Origin: Lytechinus pictus
Taxonomy: Eukaryota
Assembly: GCF_037042905.1 (NCBI RefSeq)
Contig: NC_087258.1
Coordinates: 13,454,001-13,518,000, forward strand
Length of the DNA stretch: 64,000 bases
Reading direction: 5' to 3'
The position numbers and the translations under genes were made by a program. Below, one piece after another: positions 13,001-26,500 of this stretch. The notes beneath the pieces are model-generated. The model saw only the letters and a program-made list of their open reading frames with translations, was not told the origin of the DNA and ran no database searches. Within the stretch, counting starts at the first letter, position 1. Each line of letters opens with the position of its first letter.

Positions 13001-15754
13001 TGCATGCAATAGCCTATCAAGGTATTTTGACAGACGGTAGAAAATATTTATCTCCAAGACGCTTGGAGAATATAAAAGTCCAGGGAGCATCATCGGTAGA
13101 GCAGTCGACTGAAGGAAATAAAATAAAACTATTTATGACTAACATAATATTATCTTACCAGAAATACAACATACAGAAAAAAATGTGAGTTATTTCTAGA
13201 ATGGCTGATTTACCATCACCTATTATACGATTTGTTTTTCTTCAATTAAATAATCAATGGACCAAGTTATACATACATGTAGATCAAAAAGAATTGTTTG
13301 TTTTACCACTAAGTAACAAGCGAAATCTTTTGTTTAAATGATGTAAGATGCTTAATTTGAAATATTTAAAATTTCTATTTAGATCCAAAATCTGGGGAAA
13401 TAAATGATAAATCTGAAATGCATCATTAGTCAATTCTCAACAATTTAATTTTGTTTAATTTGGAAATATTTTAAGCTAAAGAAAGACGTCATGTCCGATC
13501 GATTTGTTTGTAGTTGACACTGACCCTGATTTTGTGACATTAGTGTAAATGTAAGAACGACCTTCACATGACCTTCACCAACCGTGTAATAACTCGATGC
13601 GTAATGAAATCGTAAGGAGATCTTAAAATGAGCAATAATGTGGATCAATATATTTTACTACCAATAATATCGAGCTTGATTTGATCTTTCGGCGCCTTTG
13701 AAAAAGAAATACGTATGAATTATTCACGAGACTTCACACTTGTCCACTTGCATGTAAAGGACACTATCTCTCTTCATTTCATTTGGGTTGCAGTCAATAT
13801 CGAGTCAAGTATATGGTCTGATACTAGCGGAAATGCTAACTTTCGTCATCAGTATTTTTTTCATACATATTACTTTAAAGGTAACTAAATTTTCCTTCGA
13901 ATAATAAGAATCTATTTTTTCATTGCTCACGTGGCCTTTGGTCCAGGCCCTTCGGATTTTCCCCGTACAAGACAGGACAATCCAACAATCTGTATTCCCC
14001 TGCACATTTTTGTATAACAATGCGGATGCAGGCTGTGGCTTCTAATGCTCCCACCCTCCCTGTCGAAGAGAAGGATAGTACGTAATTTTCTTGCTGACAA
14101 TTTCCTTTCCTCTTCTTTTTGCTAATCTTAATTATGGGAAGCAAAATGGGTTAGTTTTATGACTGAGATCTTTTTTTTCAGAACCAGAAGACGCGTGGTA
14201 CATTCATGTGTTTCTTCAGAGTGCGCCGCATCCTCTGAAGTGCCTTTGGTGCCGTGTACAACAACACAGTCTACGGCACATCGGAGATGTATGTCGACAG
14301 AAAAATAATCGAAAAGTTCCTTTCGCTATTGGCGGATTTCGCTCCACCACAAACTGTGACGTACTAAGTAATTCAATTTTGTTTGCGTTCCTATTCTCTT
14401 TCAGTTCGAGTTACTACATCATCAGAGTGGAGGTAATTGAAGATAACCGTTCTTGTTTTTCTAATCTATCTATTACCGCTGATCAAAAACGATTTTTCAT
14501 GTGTCTCATTGTTGGAGAAAATATCGACGTTTGAAGGGGTGTGGAATGACGGGAGTCTGCTTCCCTGCCAAAGGAAATTGAGGGAGAGGCGTTTTCGGAA
14601 ATCATAAAAGAGGGGTCTTGTGTTGATAATAATATTCGTAAAGATGAACCAAGCCAGTTGTCCTGGAATTCTATTATGTAAAACCTGCAATGATCAATCT
14701 GTCTTTGTCGTCTCTTTGCACAATTTCATTGTCAGGTTGATGAAACGCACTGTTCACCACCAACCCCTTGAGAGCGTTTCATCAAAAGTAATGGCAATGA
14801 ATATCACGAACAAGAATGATATCAGCCTATCAGATGCATGTATTTTAGTAGCTTAGTAACAGTAGTCTGTTGAAATCGCCGTCAATACGATTCATGTGAC
14901 TTCCCCTCTTTGTCAAGTGCGGAATAGTAAGGAGTACATGTGTTGCATCGAATTTATAGGATGCGATACTGTGCTTCCAACCCTAAAGCAATTGTCGTAA
15001 GCAGAAGATAGCGCGGTAAGAGCCTCGGGGTTTAGGCGTATATAAAGCTCCGCTACATTTCGTCTTCCCCTAGTTCAACCATGAAGCAACCACTACATAC
15101 TCCTTGAAGAAACCACTTCATGCTCCATGATACCAGTTCAATACCACCAGATATGCATTTCTTGTATACTGGTTTTCATTCACAGACTTATGCAAAAAGA
15201 AGGTCTTTGTGTCCTAGTTATAATCATGAAAAATATTTTTGAAGATGTCTCATTTTTCGTTTCATTACCAATACGGACAGAAAGTGCGAGTTTACTTTTA
15301 CCCGAGACTTTGAAAACTTGATGCAAACTTTAAAAAAAACTTGGGAGATACATGTCCCAGTCCACCAACTTTCGACGATGGCCTCCAATCCGTCCATTGT
15401 GATTTGACGGATATTTTCAATAGATTTTGAACGTTGCACAAAGCGTCTGCGAAGTGGATGATAAAATACGTCCTGTTTTTTTTTCTGAGACCGTAATGAA
15501 GAAGCACCAGTGGAATCCAATGGAAGTCTGCTATGAAATTGTCTCTAAAAACAGTTCCAAAATGATTCAAAGCTATTTACAATGTTCAGTGATTTTTTTT
15601 TTAATTACCTGCCACCATGTAATGTGTGGTTGACTCTAAGATAAACTGAAATAACGACACGTCATGCACGTGGAGAGAATTGATATCAGTTCAGGACCAG
15701 CCAATCTGGACGTAAATATGTGTATGGTGTGCCAACAATGGTGTCTTATATATA

Positions 15755-15900
15755 CCAAGGTTTTTTACCTGACTGCTAAGAAAGCACGAATGCCTGTGAG
15801 CAAGCAACCAGAGGACCGACGGCTTAAGGTCCTCTCCGAGGGACCTGGTAATGAGGATAAATGCCTTACCAAAGGGCACTAGCGCACCACTAGGGACTTA
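15755..15900 (-). mobile_element. SINE fragment
   Basis: The - strand reads gtgccctttggtaaggcatttatcc...gaggaccttaagccgtcggtcctc, resembling a conserved invertebrate SINE body with a hairpin. Confidence 0.5.
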
Positions 15901-15989
15901 GTTTGTTTATGTTTGTGTGAAATAGACATGAGATAACATATGACACTGTATAAGCAAGAAGTTATGAGCTAATTAATTGAGCATGGAGT

Positions 15990-16290
15990 TGATGCAAGCT
16001 CACAGTGTTTTCTTTTCCATCCTGCGACCTTGGTGCAAGCTCGCAAAATTATATTGCAGCCCGTGAGCTTGTCGCAAGCTCGCAGAGTTTTCTGTTGCAG
16101 CCCGCGAGCTTGCATCAAGCTCGCGAAGAATTCTGTTGCATACTGCGAGCTTGCGGCGAGCTTACGGTAAGCTTACGGTGTTTCTTGCAGCAGCCCGCAG
16201 GCTCGCAATAAGTTGGCTGTATGATCGCGTGTGATTGTGTGCGCAAGCTTATTAAGATTGCGGTAAGCTTGTCGCAAGCTTGCCGTGAGC
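15990..16290. repeat. Degenerate GCAAGCTCGC/GCGAGCTTGC repeat cluster (probable transposon subterminal region)
   Basis: More than 10 copies of the motif in both orientations. Confidence 0.6.
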
Positions 16291-17345
16291 ATAATTTATG
16301 TAAGGGTATGACCAATGCGGTGGTTCGTAATATACACCACAGATTGTGGAATTGAAGTTCCATTTTGTCTAAGCAGACTTTATGAGACTTACTCCCATGA
16401 AGTAATCCGACTGTATATTCATGGAGCTTAGGAAAAAAAAACATGTTAACAAGAAAGTACATCGATACATACAAGATGAGAATAGAATTAACCATGCGGG
16501 CATTCACATGTTGATTTTAATTTGTCGGCAAACGGCAAAAGCGTGATATTCAAAGCACTTTCTTGTTGAGTAATATGGGGTTTTATCTTCCCCGCAACCT
16601 CGAGTAGTCTAAGCTTCCACGTAGATTAAAATCAATCCGATACCACAATGAAATCTAGCCAATAATTTTTTTTCTTAATTTTCCTAATACTTTTCTCTCT
16701 GCTTTCTAAATATCAACGAATCTATAATATTGATATTCTTACTATGGTTTTAGAATACTTTGGAGAAAACAAATGTATATCGAGGGTTTGACTTTGCATC
16801 AAACATCCAGAATTTTTTATTTATTTACATATCATATCGATTATCAACCGCCCTGTTAATAATCACTAAAAGTCCTTTATTTATAGCTTAACGTATTTTG
16901 TTTCGCTAGACTATTATTCGTCTTTATGCTTATGATATAATTAGGCAGTTTTAAATCTAATATAAGTTTCGAAGTACTTTCTTAAGATTACAGATATCTT
17001 CTTATCTCATGATTTTGTCATTAAAGTTTCCAATAGTTTAATGGTTCCCGCCAAAAGTTGGATAGTCACATTTCATCGTTGATGAAAACAATATAGCTCT
17101 GAATTAAGTTATTGAAATTTGTGGATTTTCTTTTCTTCCATAACGTAGCCACCTAATCTTAAGATGAGTGGCTGTTAATGAATGCCTAATATTGCAATGA
17201 TAGGAATCCAACTTATTACTTGTTGCTATGTCTGTCTAGCATCTGGCAAGCTTCCCGGACACAAGGAATGTCTTATTTTTGGACATGACACCCCCAAACT
17301 AATAAGTCGACCCAAAATGAATTTCGATATTCTTATGAAGCTCAA

Positions 17346-17917
17346 AAGACAAGTCTATCCCAACCGAAAGTTGATTTGAATAAAAAGAGAAAAATTCAAC
17401 AAGCACAACACTGAAAATTTCATCAAAATCAGATGTGAAATAAGAAAGTTATGATATTTTAAAGTTTTCCTGAATTTCACAAAACAGTAATATGCACACA
17501 CTGGTCGGTATGCAAATGAGGAGACCGATGACGTCATTCACTCACTATTATATGAAATATTCTAATTTTCTCCTCATTGTCAATTGAAACAACGATTAAT
17601 TCCTCCCTGAACTTTTGGAATGAGCATTGTTTAATACTATAATTATGATTCAGTCAAGTTGGTCCTTATTGTCAAATCTAAAAAAAAAATGAAGTATTGT
17701 ATAATTCAAACAATAAAACACAAAAAAAATAGTGAGGGACATCATCGATTGTCTCATTTGAGTTGTGCATATCTCTGTTTTGTGAAAAATTAGCAAAACT
17801 TTGAAATGTCATAACTTTCTTAGTTTACATCCGATATTGATGAAATTTTCAGCATCTTGCTAGTTGGACTTTTCTCTATTTGTTCAAATCAACATTTTTG
17901 TGAGGAGGACTTGACCT
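17346..17917. mobile_element. Kolobok-like MITE (TTAA target)
   Basis: Long TIRs a(g/a)gacaagtc...gacttgacct with TTAA on the right; same family as 41039 and 47756. Confidence 0.75.
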
Positions 17918-19623
17918 TTAAACATGCTATGCACATCGTAGATTTTGAAATGATATAACTTATCATAATTGATCAACAATAACCAACAGAAGTCCTTGAT
18001 TGAACGCAAAAGAAATTTAGTGAGACCTGCTAACTGTGCTAAAACGATGTCACGTCCAATCAGTCCTCAAAATATAATAATGGTGGGGTTTAAGAAACTC
18101 TTATTTCTTACTTTAACTTTACATCTTTAAGTTCTTGTCGAGGGGAGGTTGAGGGCTATTGGCACCACTGTTTACTTCAAACCACACAAGTGTTACATGA
18201 ATTATTCAGCACATAGTATTTTCAACAGTTCTCTACGGTGATGATGGAGTCCGCTCATTCTTTACCTCATACACTCTTTCCGGCATCACCTCTCAATATC
18301 TACCGCCTATACATTTACCGCACTGGTATGCGTTGCTGCGTTGTCTGCCAAACGGCGACGGTTAACCCACAAGAAATAGATTCTATTTGTCCCATTCGAT
18401 CGAAAATACCCCCAAGCGACTCCTGTAAGAGGACAAAAGAAAAGTCGCGGCTCTTTTTCAAGGCAGATTGTCCGATGATTAGGGCAGAAAAGCAAATTTC
18501 CGCCGGGGGAACCGGTGTCCGCGGTGTAATATACATACGACCGGCTTCCAAGCTCCCCCCCCCCCCCCCTTCAAAAACATGTCTGTTTCGCATATCAACG
18601 ATTTCAGATGTCGTGAATCTCAATCCCTTCGGGAAACGTTTCACAAATTCACCTTTTTTTTTTAGAATAGGAGAAGAAATTCGAGAAGTAAGTCACATGA
18701 TGGCAGGAATAGGAGATGAGATTTCGGTGCTAGCGACGAAGGAGTGTCTTGATTTTGCTTTCAAAGGGCATAATACTCGAACAGCCACTAATATCGTTCA
18801 TCTCATAATTACAGTAAATGGTAACAAAAGTTCGTATCACATGCATGCATGATATTTCCAACCATTTTACCCAGAGCCACTGGCATACGGGAGGGAAGGG
18901 GCTGTTCTCACAAAACAATTTTTTGTATGTAAAATACTGTATCATATTTTTCAATTTCCATCAAATTTCCTTGCATATTTTTTTTTGCAAATGTGGATAA
19001 ATTGCATGATTTTGGCTCGCCCGCTTTGTTCGTTCATAAAGATGTACCATAGATTGTAGCAGAGCTCAAATGAACATTTTGTTCGTGTCTTTACTTGAAA
19101 CGAAATTTCCATTCTTCCGTCTTCCTGTGGTTTCACTGAAAAGGAGCGAATACATCACTGTATCCATATTCCCTCTGAGCAATGAAAAAGAGCTATACTT
19201 AATACGAGGAACGCCTGAAACCACCATTAAAATCTCTATTTCAACTCGTCTCTCTGACCAATTGGCCTATTAAAGGAAGACCAACTTGATTGTACACCCG
19301 TCGTCATGTTGCTTTTGTACTAAAACTAGATTTCGTTTTGGCTAATTTACCCTTGTTGTGTTCACATGATGGACCATTTTTTACAAGGGCCGTTTGAACA
19401 TGTACTAAAGTGCCCGTTGGTTTGTTAAGTACCGTGTTTACACGTTGACCCTTGAACGCGTCTATCAAGCACATCACAGTATTGAATACCAAATTTGGTT
19501 TATCGATGCCTGCAAAATAGTAAAGTCTAAACTTATGAAATAAACGAATGGTGATCATGGAACATAAGTTTAAACGCCATCAGAACCTGACATGCGACAG
19601 CCACACCGGAGAAACCAACTCAA

Positions 19624-19755
19624 GGGGAGCGTTTCATCTTTTTTTTGTCCGACAAGTTATCAGATCTGACAACTTTCCTTCATTTTGATTGGCTGAGAAG
19701 CACTGTTACTGTGGGAACTGTCGGATAAAATGAGACTTGTCGAATGAAACGTCCG
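19624..19755. mobile_element. Short MITE
   Basis: cgtttcat...cgacaagt / acttgtcg.atgaaacg inverted ends. Confidence 0.5.
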
Positions 19756-20334
19756 AGAAATCATTTCATGAAACCTCTCCAGAACGACCACAGCTGTATT
19801 ACATTATTTTCAATGACAGACCAGCGGTCGGTTGGTGTGACTGTAATATTACGGTATCGATCCAAGAGGGGAGCTATCGAAATACAATCACGAATGTACA
19901 TCTACTATGACTGGACAACAAGGGAGTTCTCGTGGGTGTATTTCTAGGAGCTTTGGTCGATGTTTCTATTTAGCATCTCTTTACCCCTTGGGCATGACTC
20001 TTCAAGGAGGTACAAGGGGTGTGTGTTTACACCCTTCAACGCTCAAGGACAGGGGGGAGGACATCTCACTTGCTCTCAATTATTTCCTCGTCCATTTACC
20101 CTGTCGACATCGTGAGCGCTGGGGCTCATCCACATCGTAAAATCATTGAGCTGCTGAATAATAACTCCATGCTCTAAACAAGATTGCATAGGCCACAATG
20201 TATACGACTTGTGTCATCACAAGGGGTTTATGGCGTCCGGTCGAGAAATAGCCCCCCCCCCTAAATTCCCGAAAGATCGGGTCCAGTTTACCCGACGTTT
20301 CGTGAAAATTATCAGTCATGTAAGTAAATGTTAA

Positions 20335-20712
20335 AGTGATTGGTTAACATTGGTTTGACTTTAAAAAAATATGAGCTAGAAGGTCACACTTGTCACCTGT
20401 GTCTGTGATATGTTACAAAAATGAAGCCCAGAAAAAATTGCGTTCGAAAATAATTATTTAGTGCTTCAAAAATTGAAATATGAAGTGACCGAAAACACCA
20501 TCTTAATTTCATCCCATACACTTATGTGTACTATTTAGGCATCTATAAGACGCCTATTTACAAAATCGGGGTTTGCCTTGTAGTTTTAGCTTTTCATTCT
20601 CAATAATGGTTGTTTTCAGGGTTTATTAGTTCTAATACATGCACTTGTACACATGTTTCATCTTGGTTTGATAATTCTTTAAATCGGCTGCTCACAAAGT
20701 TAAACAATACCT
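20335..20712. mobile_element. TTAA-flanked MITE (Kolobok-like)
   Basis: TTAA|AGTGATTGGTTAAC...GTTAAACAATACCT|TTAA. Confidence 0.55.
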
Positions 20713-23281
20713 TTAAGGTCCACTTACCCTTGTTTTGTGAAAACTATGAATAGGCCTATACAAAGGGTTGGTTAAACTCGACCCGACCTTTCGCGTGAAA
20801 GGTGAACGTTGACGTTAATCGAGTACGGTGAGAAAAACACATTCAAGATTGCAAAGTTTGATGAAGCACGCAATTAATTAAGTCTTCCTAAGAAGTCACG
20901 ACTCACGCACAAGACAGCCATAAATCCATGCAGTTCACATGTGTATGGTTTCATAACCTTCATTGGATACCTTTTCAAACCTTTTTATATTTTATGAAAT
21001 AGATATCATATGTCATCATATATTTTATATAATTTCATATTATTTTCCAGTTTTATAAGTTACGTTACCTCGTCAAAGATGTTATGCAACATGGGTTTGC
21101 ACTAAGTTTTATACATTAATTGTATAAATTGGAAGTACGCCATAAGTGTCAATCTTACTTTACTTTTACTTTAATAATAAAGTGGGGGAAATATGGAAAG
21201 TCGAAGTAAAGCACGCATAAAGTCCGTACCCAATTATGACAGTATGCCCTGCTAAGATGTTTTAAGTTTGCGCCCACATGCACCCCGGAGCCCTTCCCTC
21301 TTTCTATTTTCCTATATTTTTAAAATCATTTTCCAGTCAAGTAAAGTATTTATCACACGCGTTATGTTATTTAATTTCCTGTCAGGTATACTCATTTATT
21401 AAACCTCGATCGATGCAGTGAACAAATGTAATTAGAAATCTCATTTAGAGGGAAATTTCGCCATTCTATCAATCGTCATGTTTGTACATTTTACTTAAAA
21501 ATCTACTTCCAGCCAGAAAGAAGGCTTCGTAAAAATCAATCGGTATTGCATAGAAAAAAAGGTACATGCGTGCATGTAGGTTTAAAAAAAATCCGGAAAA
21601 AAATATTTTCATCGGTAAAACTGCAGATTACATTGTGTATAGAAATGACGCAACATTTCACCATCAAACATGCATGTTTCCTCTTTGCCCAACAATTGGG
21701 TAAACTTTTTTTTTCATTAACTGTACAAAATATGAGACGCTCCCAAAAATTAAACAGCAAAGCGTGACTAGTCAAATATGACCAAACTTGCTCGAAAACA
21801 GTGTGCAATCAATGACTGGCTCACGTGAACTCTCACATAGACAGACATGATCAAACTTTGACAGCGGAAGGAAAAGATGTATTAATTGGAAAGTACAAAG
21901 AAAATGGTTGGAAAAAAATGGATCACGGAACCGAGGAAATGCAGAAATAAAATACAAAGACCGCCATTAGCACACCTACACGGCCAAATTTGAGTGAGGA
22001 AATAACTCGACTGAATAACCGCAGTTAAAGCTGACAACCCATTTCAATTATATTCCCCTTTGTGTTTCTGGCAGTTCTGACGATATGGAATGAGGTTAAA
22101 GCGAGAGATTCGGCGGGAATACCGATTGGGAATCGAGCAGGGGTATCAGATGCGTGGTTGGGTTTGGAGAGACACTGCTTTCTTTTCACGTATCTAGGTG
22201 GATGGCAAGTGTAAATACGGTTGGATAGTAAACAGGAGGTCTCTAAATGTATTACATTACTCGAGTATTGAGTTGAAGTGGCATTTTATTTTGTACTTTC
22301 AATCAAGAATCTTGCTCATTCTCAACATCGACGCATCCTTACCACTCCTCATCCTACATATTTATCTTTTTAGTTATATTCCAATATCATGTTTTTTTTT
22401 CACTTTTCCCCGCTAAATGCATCCCTCCATCTCCCCAGCATCCCTCGGTTTAAGGGGGTAAACGCGTGTGTGTATCTGGCTGTCTGTATGTCTGTGTGTT
22501 TATCTCTGTTATTCATCTCGCTGTATCTCTCTGTTTCTCTTTCCCTATTCCTCTCTTTCCCTTTTCATTTATCTCCCATAAAGAGGCCTAGAGTGAGGGG
22601 CAATAATTGGCTGAAGCAAGGTAGATAAAATAATTGACAATGAAGTGTTGCCCTACCCCCTACCGGCTCTTTATCTCACAATTTACCATCGTGTGTTAAT
22701 ATTTGTTCCTTTCAGTTTTGAAAAAGACCTAAATAAGAGTGAACATAAACCAAAGAAATATGGACCAACGTCTAATTCTCGTGTCACGCCTTATCATGTT
22801 GTTGCGAATAACGACGTCATTCTTTTTCAGATAAAACATCAGAAATCGAATGGCGTTTGTTTTTTCCTTTTTTAAATTTTTCTCTGGCAGTAGAGCCTTA
22901 TAATTGCTGATCATGCAGTTCATCTGCTTCGGAAAACAGGAAATCTGCGGATGTTTTAATGTCAACGCATTTATTTTACAATAGAAGGATATTAATCACA
23001 GATATGGATTTTTAAACTTCATTTTTGTTAGCAAAATATAAAACGAACGTTTCACCTGCTCTTTGGCAATCTTCAGTCACATATCAATATAATTAAATGT
23101 TTAGGCAGTATAGATCTGTGTATTCCGAAAGTGTAGAAGGCGCAGTTCCTGTACAATTTCTATTGATCCAATGCACGTCATTTAGAAATTAAAATGGGTG
23201 ACATATGTAATGATCTTTGGGGTAGTATTTCATTGAACATGATTTCAAGCTTTTTTATGGCGCTCGTTTTAGAATTATACA

Positions 23282-23521
23282 CACTGGAAAAACTCTGGTG
23301 TTGATTTAACACCAGCCCGGAATTTATATGTCCACACCAGAAAAGTGTTAAACAACACCAGTTTCGTTTTGGTCTAACACCAGATAGGTGTTTATACAAC
23401 ACCAATTAGTATCAAAACAACATCGGTTTGATTCCAAACTGGTGTTGTTTCAATACTTCTCTGGTGTGGACATATACAGATTCCGGGCTGGTGTTAAATC
23501 AACACCGGAGTTTTTGCAGTG
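23282..23521. mobile_element. EnSpm/CACTA-type MITE
   Basis: CACTG...CAGTG termini, aacaccag subrepeats, 2-bp TSD CA. Confidence 0.8.
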
Positions 23522-26500
23522 CACATTATTTTGATAAAATGTGGTGTTAGGTAAACAGTCAAATATTCCCAGCCTCTAATCCTTCAAAATACGCAATAAG
23601 TGCTTCGAAATTTCTTACAACGATAAATTCCTGCTAAATTTTCACAATATTACTCGTATATTATTCATTAATCAAACCAAGGTTAAACCAAAAACATGGG
23701 TTTTAGCTGCATTTTTTCCCAATCAAATTCATATTCTGAATCAACTAACCTTTAAGATTCAGATTCTCTTCTCACTTGGTTTAGCTATTGTTACGATACT
23801 GCAACAAATAACAATGAAAATTTAGTTTTATATTTGATTTCCTTTTTTTATTACAGGAAATAATCAACCATACACTAAACTAATCAAAAATGATAATGAT
23901 CTTACATCTCTTGAAGTGTCAGATGTGCAATCCAAAGTTATGATAGTCCAGTATTTAATCCAGATAAATTCTAAGTTGGTTGGCGAAGTTTCCTTAAATT
24001 AAAGTTCACAATGATGGCGATGATGACATTGAAGCACGATGAATAACAAGAGTCACTGTAACATGTTGAAATGTATGTGAAGACGATGTTGATGATGATA
24101 AACAGTCAATTTCAGCAATCCATGGGTTGAAAAGCTTTCATTAAAACAGATTGATGATCTCGATGAGCACTGATAATTCCTCTCTCAAAGTAACTGCAAA
24201 CAGTTTATTGATGGCGTACAAATAATTCCAGATAAATGTTGTATTCCAGTTGGAAATAAACTATGCTCTGACATAAAGTCTGGTGTGAAACTCTGAGTTC
24301 TGATCTGATATGATGACGACCTTGAAGAAACTGCCAGCTTATATATATAAATTCCCCCTATTCTGGAAGCTTCTAGTATTGTCTTTAAAAAGAACATTAT
24401 CCTTCTTTCTAGAATAGTCCACTTCTAGAAGACTCTTGAATGACCTCAGTGAAATTAACAATGTAAACAACATAGCTGATTCTATTGTCCTTTTCACTGC
24501 CACTAGTAGTCTATTGTTTATCTTTGCACATTCCAGAAATAACAAAAATTACTTAAATTAAATTAATCTCATTTAATATAGTGCCTAATAAAAGTTAACT
24601 GAGACATTGTGGAATATTCTTAATCATTCAATGCTATAAATATCCTTAAAGAGGAAATAACTAAATACATGAATGTAATTGCTCTTATAATTATACTAAT
24701 ATATAACACTATCTAGTTAAAATCTAATATTTCGTTGACCACCACCCCTTTTCATTCTTTTTCCAATCAGAATTGTAAAATCAAATGGACATAGACACAC
24801 AAAAATACTGGGAATCGGTGAAGGTGGTAGTAGCAAAAGATAAGAAGACGTAGGATCAAAGAGGCTGAAGAGAAAAAAAAAATCGATTTTCACATTTTCC
24901 TGCAAACGCTGCGAGTGGATTCTAAGTAATTTTCGATGCAATTGTATTCATCTACTGCAGATGTCACTTTCCTACCATTTTATGTTCGATATCGTGTTCC
25001 AATTTCTTTGTTATGCCCTCGAAAATGAGAAGGGAAATTGTTTCTTGGCGTGCGAGCGACATCCGCGCATTTGGACGAAAGGGCAAAATACAAAATCGAA
25101 TATCAATGGAATGTTAGCAAGCCTTTCCGGTCATAAATGAAAACGTGTTTGTGCATAGACAAGGGAAGCTATGGAGGAAGGGCACGTCTACACTTCTTTT
25201 AAAAAGTTATCAAAAGAACAGCAAAATCAGCGAACTGAAGAAAAACTGGAATACGAAAGATATTTGTGGAGAAAACAGATCTTGGCCATATACAGCCATA
25301 ATAATCATACAATAACCTTTATTGTTTCATTAGCGGTACAAAATAGATTTGCTTCTAGGTCAACGTGTCACCCACCCTCGCATGTGCCCCTGTCTGTCAA
25401 AATGCCATGGTTTGATTGTTTCTAATTTTTAACCCTGTTTATGGAGTGAAATTACTGGAGCGCAAAACCATTGGAAAGGAGTTTTCTTACGGGTGTTGAT
25501 AGTTTGCTGCATGGTAACTTATAGTTTATCCTCTTTCATGTTTTCCTCCCTGTTTGTTGCGAAATAATCGGTTGAAAACTAGTACACTGATGGCAATATC
25601 ATATTATTATGTTAATGTTGAACGTACTTGTTGTTATATTTATGTTTTGTTATAGTGATTGTATATACAGACTTACTAAAAAAATCCAACGGCTGAAAGC
25701 AATTTTCTTTTTTCCCCGTATTGAAATAAATAAAACAAACAAATGAGTACCTCTAACAAGCGTAAGTTCGTTCTCATCGTCCCTTTCAGAAAATTTCACA
25801 GTCCAACAAAGATGCATCTGTTGAAATTAACAAATAAATAGGATAAAACTTTGTGTGGGAGACTAGGAGTACATTCCATCAACACTATTTGACTTCGTCT
25901 ATAAGAAATTACTTCAAAACTTATTTGTTAGTATCAAAACAGGTGACTAGTATTTTTCGAGGATGTTGCATGCCGTCTAAATATGTACAGCGACGTGTGA
26001 AACAACACAAAACATAAAATTGACAGATTACAAGTTTGCAGTTGATTACAGTCTAGTTTCTCGCATGACGGATTGTGTTATCTGTAAGGCTGGCAGCCAG
26101 CGTTGGTGGCAAAATGAATATTGATCTGAAACTGACTAAATAAAGAGTCAATCTATTGTCTTGAATAGACAGATAGTTATGTGCAAGATCATCTGATATT
26201 CATATAATGATCCGGTGAATATCAGTACGTTTATTCAAGGGATTCAACCCTGCAAAGGGCCAAGGCCCTTCATATATGTTTTATCTTCTATAACCTAAAG
26301 TTATATCTTGGCCGACGCCACAGTTAACGCCGAATAATCGCCGTGTGCATCCCCTCAGCGCTTTTCACAATCTCTGAGGCAGATAAATTTAGATATATCA
26401 TTGGTTTAAAACGTGTCCATGTAAAACGTGGACTAGCATGGCCAAGGAAGAGTATAAATTATTGTATTCTATTTTGCCTCTTGTGAGGCTATCATTCATT

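Noticed and set aside
14020-14085. MRMQAVASNAPTLPVEEKD as the missing PPLN2 first coding exon
   Set aside because: No hydrophobic core, and the only nearby donor (A|gtacgt) is phase 1, which would frameshift the peptide exon.
17182-17270. MPNIAMIGIQLITCCYVCLASGKLPGHK as a signal-peptide exon
   Set aside because: Hydrophobic, but there is no suitable GT donor after it and no resemblance to the expected N-terminus.
18238-18852. 204-aa ORF, the longest in the track
   Set aside because: No recognisable domain; it runs through poly-C and poly-T tracts and is likely a chance ORF.
23857-24545. Possible decayed coding sequence with acidic codon runs
   Set aside because: Multiple stops and no recognisable homology, so it cannot be called.
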